DNA from: a virus
Lineage: Duplodnaviria; Heunggongvirae; Uroviricota; Caudoviricetes
Direction: 5' to 3' (one strand)
DNA length: 24,397 nt
Virus record (IMG/VR): IMGVR_UViG_3300046518_000157
Coordinates: 1 to 24,397 of that record
Below are positions 1-7,101 of the stretch, one piece after another. The first letter of the stretch is position 1, and each line of letters opens with the position of its first letter. Made by a program: the position numbers and the translations under genes. The notes under the pieces were generated by a model, which made no database searches, had not been told where the DNA came from, and saw nothing but the letters and a program-made list of their open reading frames with translations.

Positions 1-1
1 C

Positions 2-1090
2 GGTCGTCAGCCTATTATGATGAACGTTTCTGGCTACATTTTTGATAGCCAAGATAACTCATGGTTCACTGAATTTCTAAGCATGTATGGTCAAGTTCTT
101 CGAGGCACAGAACTAGCTCGTAACTACGAGTTGGTTAAGCTCGTCCTGCCTAACATGTACGTGATTGGGTCATTTACTCACGTTGATTGGGGTCAGAATT
201 CAAGCCGTGATACTGACATTCAGTTTTCATTCCAGTTTCTTGTCAAACAACTTGTACCTATTGCTATTCGTGTACCCGGCGTACCCACATCTAGTGACAG
301 TGGTCTAATCAACTTTGATGCTATTCCTAACTTCGTTAGTCAGGCAGGTATTAACACGGTTAAGAACAGCATGTCTAGTCTACAGAGTTTGATTCAAGAT
401 CCTACGTCTACCTCAGGTCAAATTGCAGCAGGCATTACTGGCATTGGATCTGGATTAAGCGCCGGTATCTCTGATCTTGGAAATACATTCGGCGTTGGGT
501 CTAACACATTTGGCTTTACAACTGATGGATCTGGATCAAGCGCAAGCTCATCTATAGGATCTGCTTTAAGCAGCGCTGGTGACACTATTTCAGGCATCTT
601 CTCAAGCGTAAGCGCTAACTTGACTGGACTACGTGCAAGTCTGTTTTCACCTATATATGGTGTGCTTTCATCACTGACTAAGCTTGTTAAAAATGCAGCG
701 GGCTCTATAAACTCGATATTCAATGCCCTTACAAGTCCTGTACGTGATATAATCCGTGCTGTTTCAGATATCAGTAACCAAGCTGTAGGCATTGTTAATC
801 TCGTTAATCACACGATTCAAGGCCTGACCGGCCAAGTTACATCGATTGATAATCAAGTACGTATTGCACTTGGAGGTCTTAAGAACGCAGCGGGAGTTAT
901 TACCAATGCTCCTAAGACAATATCTCAGTCAATCGGTGAGCTAGTCAACTCTGGAAGACTACCTATTACTACTGGATATCTACAGAACAAACCGATGGCA
1001 AGCTTATCTTCATCGGGGACTACTCCATCGAAACTAGCATTGCTAAATTCCGGTAAGAAATACACAGCACAATCAGGCGCATCACTATGA
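2..1090 (+). CDS. Baseplate/tail-tube-like structural protein with a long Ser/Gly/Ala-rich C-terminal region; probably 5'-truncated by the window edge
   Basis: The frame is open from base 2 (GRQPI) into the called ORF 17..1090. The N-terminal part (FTHVDWGQ...DIQFSFQFLVKQ) resembles myophage tube/baseplate beta-fold proteins. It heads the baseplate cluster and has an ATGA overlap with the next gene. Confidence 0.55.
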   Translation, partial: GRQPIMMNVSGYIFDSQDNSWFTEFLSMYGQVLRGTELARNYELVKLVLPNMYVIGSFTHVDWGQNSSRDTDIQFSFQFLVKQLVPIAIRVPGVPTSSDSGLINFDAIPNFVSQAGINTVKNSMSSLQSLIQDPTSTSGQIAAGITGIGSGLSAGISDLGNTFGVGSNTFGFTTDGSGSSASSSIGSALSSAGDTISGIFSSVSANLTGLRASLFSPIYGVLSSLTKLVKNAAGSINSIFNALTSPVRDIIRAVSDISNQAVGIVNLVNHTIQGLTGQVTSIDNQVRIALGGLKNAAGVITNAPKTISQSIGELVNSGRLPITTGYLQNKPMASLSSSGTTPSKLALLNSGKKYTAQSGASL

Positions 1091-1938
1091 GAAGCTATTC
1101 AAGCCTTTTAGTTTTTGAAGACATTTACGACTTCGTACCCAATCAGAATAAAGATGTAACTAGCCTGGCTAGTATGATCTTTACTCCGAATGTTCCTATT
1201 GTAGAAACGAATTGCAATACTACGCTTGGACTTTTTCAAACCGTCAACTACGAACTAGAAGGTGCTGTAGAGCTAGCTACAGGACAGATTATTAGTCGAG
1301 ATAGAATCGACAATCTTCTGTTTCAAGGTATTTACTTAATAGCTACACGTACCCTCTCTACCTGTATTTCAAAAGGTGGAGTGTGCCAAGCATGCTATCA
1401 TGCAAGCAATCAACGTTTAGATGTTCCTGCAATTGGAACACGAGTAATCATTCAGCCAGAGTACATTTCTTCTACCGACGTTATTAAGGCATCGGCTGGT
1501 GAAAACACATGGCCACTCAGCGCTCCTGATAACACTTATCAGTTCACATCTATTTATGTAGATGGTGTAGCTCAGGATGCCAGTACCTATACTGTTGCCA
1601 ATCAGGTTCTTACGTTTAATACTCCGCTTGCTACTGATGATAACGTAGTTGTGCACTTCTCAAGCTACAATAGAGCACCTTATCTTGTTTACTTAGCAAA
1701 GACATATTCCGGTTCTCTACTGGGAATGAAACCGCTTCCTTCACAGTTACTTCCTATCCGATCACTTCTGTTGGGTAGCTTAATTCCTCAGAATAAGCTA
1801 GAATTAATTGTAGAGTATACAAAGGAAGTAGACATAATCCCACAAGAGTACAGGGATTATATAGATACAGTTAACGATACGCTTGAAAGAGCGCTTTACG
1901 TTCTTGCTATCAATTGTATCTATGCTAACGTGAACTAA
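1087..1938 (+). CDS. Chimeric protein: RNA polymerase beta' (RpoC)-like Cys4 zinc module, virion-type beta domain and helical C-terminus
   Basis: NVPIVETNC43NTTLG ... IATRTLSTC93ISKGGVC100QAC103Y matches the RpoC pattern DVIIRETDCGT..G ... IRS..TC....GVC..CY. aa131-190 resemble the beta domain at the N-terminus of the 13707 fibre. No NADFDGD catalytic motif. Confidence 0.7.
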   Translation: MRSYSSLLVFEDIYDFVPNQNKDVTSLASMIFTPNVPIVETNCNTTLGLFQTVNYELEGAVELATGQIISRDRIDNLLFQGIYLIATRTLSTCISKGGVCQACYHASNQRLDVPAIGTRVIIQPEYISSTDVIKASAGENTWPLSAPDNTYQFTSIYVDGVAQDASTYTVANQVLTFNTPLATDDNVVVHFSSYNRAPYLVYLAKTYSGSLLGMKPLPSQLLPIRSLLLGSLIPQNKLELIVEYTKEVDIIPQEYRDYIDTVNDTLERALYVLAINCIYANVN

Positions 1939-1940
1939 TA

Positions 1941-4900
1941 ATGTCTTTATTCGACGCAATCAAAAATGTAACCATTAACACAGTGATGTCCCAGAACAAG
2001 GGATTATCAAAAATTACGAGCACGACGTTCTCACAGGCTGGGACGTCGATTAATTCAATTCGTAATCAAACACTGGGTTCGGTTAACGCCTCTCTTGGTA
2101 ACACAGACTATAGCAGTCAGCTATACAATCCTGTTACCCAGATGAGCAACTTCGCCCTATCTCAAGCCACGGGGCCAGGACAGCAAGATGCAATCGCAAC
2201 AGCTACCAACAATGCGTATGCTGCGGTTGACTCTAGTTTTAACGCTGCTTTCCCTTCCGGCACTAGCGTAACTCTTTTTGATATTCAAACAGCCTCGACT
2301 CAGGCAATTTCTAGTGGTGTTAGCAATTTAGCTAACTCCTTTTCAGCTATTGACGGAAGTTTCGTATCACCTGCTCTAAGTATTGGTAATGCTGCTCTTG
2401 TAGGTGCAGGTAACACTGCTGATGCATTAGTCACGTCTGTATTTAACACAGCTACAAACACAGTCAATTCAGCGGTCTCTGCTGTGAACAGTACAGTAGC
2501 AAGTGTAGTTGCAGCTAAGAATGCTATTTCCTCTGCTGCGAACTCAGCTATTGATCTAGTCTCTGGAGCCACTAGTGCAGATTCAGCCGCAGCTAGTGTA
2601 TTTGGCGGTGCAGGTGTTTCAGCAGTTGATGAGGGCAAGGTTGACGGCACAGTTAATAACACCGATATTATCTATCAAGACGTCAAGCTTTACATCGAAG
2701 GCGTACAAGTTCCCTTCGAGGCTATTTCTATTTCACAAGGCATTGGTTCACTGCCTACGGCAAGTATTCAGATTCCGCCACAGCCAGGTCTGCTTGACAT
2801 CGCTCGTTACTACCAACCCAAAGTACATATCTTTTACTCAGATAAGAACTACGGGGGAGATCGTCTCCTATTCTGGGGACACATCCTAGTCGGTAACTAC
2901 TCTAAGTCAAGACAGAATAGTAGCTCAAGCATTACGTTCCATTGTGAACACAAGAACTCCTTGCTCTCTACTGTGACTCTGGAGTTTTCAGGCTATGCTT
3001 CAAACGCTACTACTATCCTGAATGACCAGAATCCAGACCAAGCTACAGCTAAGGTAAACAACCTGAATTCAACCTTGGCAATTATTAAGGCTTTGCAGGG
3101 CATTACAGGCCTCCAGAGCGATTCCAAAGACTTGCTTGACCCAAGTAACACAACTGTCTCTCAAGCCGATGTATCGAAGCTTAGCAAGCGTTTCCAGAAC
3201 TTTGAAAAAAGACTGATAGGCATGCCTTCAGCTATAATGAACTTCTGGAATCAACTGAAGAAGGAATGCTACGCGGATATTACGCTTAATACTATTATGG
3301 CTGACATGTACATCCCTCTCGTTGAGGATGGGCTTGGTTTCTTTGACCGCATGGCAGGACACACAATAATCGAAAATCTTATCGATACTAGCAAGCAGGA
3401 CTATTGTCCAGGCGGAGTCACGCCTTCATCTACTGCTAAGCCAGTGATGGTCCCTCCTGCGTACAGACTTAATAGCATTTCAGCAATCAAGTCTTCACTC
3501 GCAGTTAGCACCATCGGTAACATGCTTGGCTTCTCAGGGGAGTTGACAACGTTTCTACAGATGTTCTCTGATTTCTACTCAGCAGTAGAGTATGAGATTC
3601 TGACTCTGGCGAGCCCTGCAGAAGTTCCAGTAGATCCAGATGCTAACGTAGGTAACATGGATATTCCATCGACATATGCGTCGGTTGACAAAATGGCTAT
3701 TGAGACAATCATTAAGCCACAGATTCCGTTTTACTACAGCCCTATTTGTAACGTACTGTTTCCTAAGATGTATGGAACTATCAACGTTACTCAAGATGAG
3801 TCGCAGATTCCTAGCCGTCTGTCAGCTTTCTCAGACATTATTCCAGGAAGTCAAGGCCAGATTGGTAGTCAGTATCGTGCTCCGAATTCTATCCGTGAAG
3901 CCGTAGCATACGGTGCAGCTATGTCAAATGCTGCGAAAGGCACAAACCTGCAAGTAAACCTTCAAGGTACTACTGGTCAGTCCTTTAATGTGCCTGGTAA
4001 ATATGAAGTAGGCCGTGGTGTTCGTCATAAACGTATAACCCTGCCTAACTGGCTGGCACAGTTGCTAAAGGGTAAGATTCAGGACATTGGTTCACCCAAT
4101 AACGAAACGTGGCCTGACAAAACTGATCCGGACTATAAAGCTCTTTGCGATCTTCATGCAGCTTGGATTGATCGATATGGTTTCGACGTTACAGTCTTTG
4201 ATGACGGCACGTCAGAAGATACACGTAACACAGATAAGGATTCACTAGACCCATACTCACAGAAGTCTGATATCCATCCGTTTCAACGTCTACTCTTTGC
4301 TACGGCAGATTATGAGTATACGAAAGCTGTTGTGGCTTCACGTATGGGTAACGTTGATGGCATTTTCAATCCGTATATTGTCCCAGGTTACCCAATGGAG
4401 ATTTTGGATGATTCACCTAATGCGCCAAGCTTCCATGCAATGTGCTCATCAGTGACTCACTCATTTACTTCACGTGGTATTTCGACAAGCATTGGCTTCG
4501 TTGCAGCGTGTACATATACTGAGATGGTTAACTATTACATGCAGCCACTTCATCCTTGGCTTCAGACGGCTCTTGCCATTGTTAATACTGAACCTGGTCA
4601 ATCAGGCAAGTCTTCAACAGATGGTGATGGCTATGGTAATCCTCCGGATGATCTGCAAGTAAACAGCACGATTCTATTTAATGAAGCAGCTAAGTTTGCA
4701 GCCGATGAATTCTACAAGAGTGTACTTGGTGTAAGCGCAGTTGCTATCGATGATCTATACGATTTTGAAATGGGTCGAGTTATCCCTGTTAAACGCTCAT
4801 CTGGATTGTTAGTTGAAAGCACGGAAACATCAAAGCCTACTGCTAATGGCGGTGAGGCTAATGACTTCTTGACAGCAGTGGGTAATCTACGTCTTGTTAT

Positions 4901-5156
4901 GAGACCGATTGAAGGTAAGAAAAGTATTCAAACCAAGTTTGGTATTACATTTATTGATTTGACACCTACTAACTACAATCCAACATCAATCAGTTATCAG
5001 AACCCTGCATTGGATTCTGCAACATTGCTTGAACCAGGTGCTAGCCTGTTCTTGGATTATCAGGAAGTTGCTGACTTCATTAATAACTCTGTTGCAACAG
5101 CTAAAACAGAAGATACGACATCCAGCTCATCTGAAGTTGGTGGTCACGTAGCTTAA
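1941..5156 (+). CDS. Large baseplate hub-like protein (gp27/gpD/VgrG-like) with an Ala/Ser-rich N-terminal extension
   Basis: 1071 aa. YQDVKLYIEGVQVPFEAISISQG begins the globular part, and FNPYIVPGYPMEILD...SSVTHSFTSRG resembles late hub motifs. Baseplate context. Confidence 0.6.
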   Translation: MSLFDAIKNVTINTVMSQNKGLSKITSTTFSQAGTSINSIRNQTLGSVNASLGNTDYSSQLYNPVTQMSNFALSQATGPGQQDAIATATNNAYAAVDSSFNAAFPSGTSVTLFDIQTASTQAISSGVSNLANSFSAIDGSFVSPALSIGNAALVGAGNTADALVTSVFNTATNTVNSAVSAVNSTVASVVAAKNAISSAANSAIDLVSGATSADSAAASVFGGAGVSAVDEGKVDGTVNNTDIIYQDVKLYIEGVQVPFEAISISQGIGSLPTASIQIPPQPGLLDIARYYQPKVHIFYSDKNYGGDRLLFWGHILVGNYSKSRQNSSSSITFHCEHKNSLLSTVTLEFSGYASNATTILNDQNPDQATAKVNNLNSTLAIIKALQGITGLQSDSKDLLDPSNTTVSQADVSKLSKRFQNFEKRLIGMPSAIMNFWNQLKKECYADITLNTIMADMYIPLVEDGLGFFDRMAGHTIIENLIDTSKQDYCPGGVTPSSTAKPVMVPPAYRLNSISAIKSSLAVSTIGNMLGFSGELTTFLQMFSDFYSAVEYEILTLASPAEVPVDPDANVGNMDIPSTYASVDKMAIETIIKPQIPFYYSPICNVLFPKMYGTINVTQDESQIPSRLSAFSDIIPGSQGQIGSQYRAPNSIREAVAYGAAMSNAAKGTNLQVNLQGTTGQSFNVPGKYEVGRGVRHKRITLPNWLAQLLKGKIQDIGSPNNETWPDKTDPDYKALCDLHAAWIDRYGFDVTVFDDGTSEDTRNTDKDSLDPYSQKSDIHPFQRLLFATADYEYTKAVVASRMGNVDGIFNPYIVPGYPMEILDDSPNAPSFHAMCSSVTHSFTSRGISTSIGFVAACTYTEMVNYYMQPLHPWLQTALAIVNTEPGQSGKSSTDGDGYGNPPDDLQVNSTILFNEAAKFAADEFYKSVLGVSAVAIDDLYDFEMGRVIPVKRSSGLLVESTETSKPTANGGEANDFLTAVGNLRLVMRPIEGKKSIQTKFGITFIDLTPTNYNPTSISYQNPALDSATLLEPGASLFLDYQEVADFINNSVATAKTEDTTSSSSEVGGHVA

Positions 5157-5172
5157 GGAGTAAAATAACACT

Positions 5173-5400
5173 ATGTCAATCGCATCAACTATCACAGACG
5201 GATTCGCAGCCCTTGGAGAAGTTAAAGGCGGGCTGCCTAGAAGCGTTAATATCCCGACTAACATTTACCAATCAGGTATGTTGTCTGACACCTCATGGGC
5301 AGACGACTGCTTTGTCTATCAGAAGTTTTCTGCTAGGCTTCAGGCCTATATGATTGGTTACGTTAACAGCGTTTACTCTAACTACAGCGTTTATCTATAA
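5173..5400 (+). CDS. Hypothetical protein (75 aa)
   Basis: AGGAG at 5156-5160 upstream. Its stop overlaps the sigma start (TAATG). Confidence 0.6.
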   Translation: MSIASTITDGFAALGEVKGGLPRSVNIPTNIYQSGMLSDTSWADDCFVYQKFSARLQAYMIGYVNSVYSNYSVYL

Positions 5401-6113
5401 TGGAAGAAACAGAAAAGCCCGCATGGATCGATTATCGATCAAAAGACCAAGAGCTATACGACCAGTGGAAAAAGACTGGGAGTAAAACTCATCTTGGCGC
5501 TCTAGTTAATCAGCTTAGCGGCGTTATTTACCAAGAAGTGAATCGTCAATCAGGTAGCTTGCCTAGTGCTGCTTTAAGTGCGGAAGCTAAGAAGTGGGCT
5601 ATTAAAGCTATTCACAGCTACGACCCTGCAAAGGGTACACAGCTCTCTACTCACGTTACGAATTATCTTCAGCGCGTACGCCGTCTTAATTACAAGTATC
5701 AAAATGCAGTGCGTCTTCCCGAGAATATGCAACTCTTGTACAGAGATTGGAACTCTGCAAATCAGGAGCTAGCAGATCAGCTTAATCGTGATCCTACTGA
5801 GGAAGAACTTGCTAAAGCGTTGGGTTGGTCAAAGCCTCAAGTTATCAAGTACAAGAACTCTCTTTACTCGGACTTGGTTGAATCAGCATCCGACAAACCA
5901 GCAGAATTCACTCAGTACAACGAGAATGCTGAGCTTATGGCATATCTTATGAGTCAGCTATCTTCTGATGAAAAATTTATTTTCGACAACGTTAAAGAAA
6001 TGCCTGCACCGAAGATCGCAGAAAAGCTAGGTGTGAACATCAATCGCTATAATTACATCAAGAAACAGTTGATTAACAAAATCGAAAAAACCAAACGAGA
6101 AATCGGACTATAA
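5400..6113 (+). CDS. Phage-encoded sigma-70-family (FliA/WhiG/SigF-like) sigma factor
   Basis: Region 2-like AIHSYDPAKGTQLSTHV, region 3-like ELADQLNRDPTEEELAKALGWS, region 4 HTH LSSDEKFIF...KIAEKLGVNINRYNYIKKQLINKI. Confidence 0.85.
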   Translation: MEETEKPAWIDYRSKDQELYDQWKKTGSKTHLGALVNQLSGVIYQEVNRQSGSLPSAALSAEAKKWAIKAIHSYDPAKGTQLSTHVTNYLQRVRRLNYKYQNAVRLPENMQLLYRDWNSANQELADQLNRDPTEEELAKALGWSKPQVIKYKNSLYSDLVESASDKPAEFTQYNENAELMAYLMSQLSSDEKFIFDNVKEMPAPKIAEKLGVNINRYNYIKKQLINKIEKTKREIGL

Positions 6114-6505
6114 TGGCAATCGACGCTAATTCGGCAGTAGGCCAAGCACAAAATATCTACAATAGCTTGGCTAAATACTTTTCTGACATGACTACATATC
6201 TTGGCAGTGGAGGCGCTTGTCCGGATTTCAACGATTATGTTGGTACGATTGATTTTTCAGAGCTTCACCGAGTAACAGCTATGGCTCAATCAGGCAGCTC
6301 CAATTATCCAAACGGTGCTGCTATTGAGAGTATTCATCACATCACTTCTGTTCTGCGCGAGTTTGCACTTCGTACAAAGAACAAGGCTCAATACTATGGT
6401 GATGGTCAAGGTGAAGCTACTGACGAATCTAATTACTACGCTACGCTTAAGACTTCTACCGTAAGTACGTTAAGCGGGATCGTAACACCTGGAGGTACAA
6501 TGTAA
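6113..6505 (+). CDS. Hypothetical protein (130 aa)
   Basis: TAATG-coupled on both sides. No recognisable family. Confidence 0.65.
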   Translation: MAIDANSAVGQAQNIYNSLAKYFSDMTTYLGSGGACPDFNDYVGTIDFSELHRVTAMAQSGSSNYPNGAAIESIHHITSVLREFALRTKNKAQYYGDGQGEATDESNYYATLKTSTVSTLSGIVTPGGTM

Positions 6506-7038
6506 TGGCTGGTTTAAACTTTAACTTTAACCAACGTATCGGTACGACCTCCAACCTGCCACAAGGCGGGACTTATGACTTGCTATTTATTTCGTTTCCA
6601 GGTGGCTTCCCACAGAGCCAACTTATATTCGAAATTGCTGATACTCCGCGTAAAGTAACAGGTCTCCAGAAAGTAGCTCAGATGTTCCTGAAACTTCTCT
6701 TTACTCGTAAAGGTAGCAATGTTATCATCCCGGCTCAGGGTACGTTCTTCTCAGACTTCGTAATTAATGCAAATCGTGTTGAAGATACTGACACTACTTT
6801 GATCGCTGATCTAACTGAGCAGATTACCGATGCGCAAGGTCAGTGTCAGTACATTATGAATACCACCGATTCTGACGTTGCAAGTCAATTAAAGACTGTG
6901 CAAATGCTCGGTATTGACGTAACCAAAGAATCAATTGTTATCTATCTGCGTATTCTGACCAATGCCGGAGCTATGGCTTCTATCGCCGTACCGTTCCCAC
7001 AATTGGATCTTCCTCTTTCAGATCAAATGTCTAAGTAA
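6505..7038 (+). CDS. Baseplate wedge subunit, gp25-like
   Basis: KVTGLQKVAQMFLKLLFTRKGS...P..GT motif typical of gp25/gpW-like proteins. Lies immediately upstream of baseplate J. Confidence 0.7.
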   Translation: MAGLNFNFNQRIGTTSNLPQGGTYDLLFISFPGGFPQSQLIFEIADTPRKVTGLQKVAQMFLKLLFTRKGSNVIIPAQGTFFSDFVINANRVEDTDTTLIADLTEQITDAQGQCQYIMNTTDSDVASQLKTVQMLGIDVTKESIVIYLRILTNAGAMASIAVPFPQLDLPLSDQMSK

Positions 7039-7051
7039 TAGGGCTGGTGCG

Positions 7052-7085
7052 TTGCATGTAGAAGGATTAAACTACTACAAGTAAC
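7052..7085 (+). promoter_or_regulatory. Candidate promoter TTGCAT-N18-TACAAGTAAC upstream of baseplate J
   Basis: Lies in a 63-nt intergenic gap, with the same geometry as the motif at 18843-18876. Confidence 0.35.
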
Positions 7086-7101
7086 GTACTGACCTATAAC
7101 T

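Noticed and set aside
1087-1938. Calling the 283-aa ORF a full rpoC or phage RNAP subunit
   Set aside because: Only the Zn module is present. There is no catalytic NADFDGD and no recognisable bridge helix or trigger loop.
418-2662. Antisense ORFs 418..792 and 2300..2662 (and similar ones at 11646..12059 and 23439..23621)
   Set aside because: They are shadows of low-complexity or codon-biased + strand genes, with no RBS, family motif or operon context.
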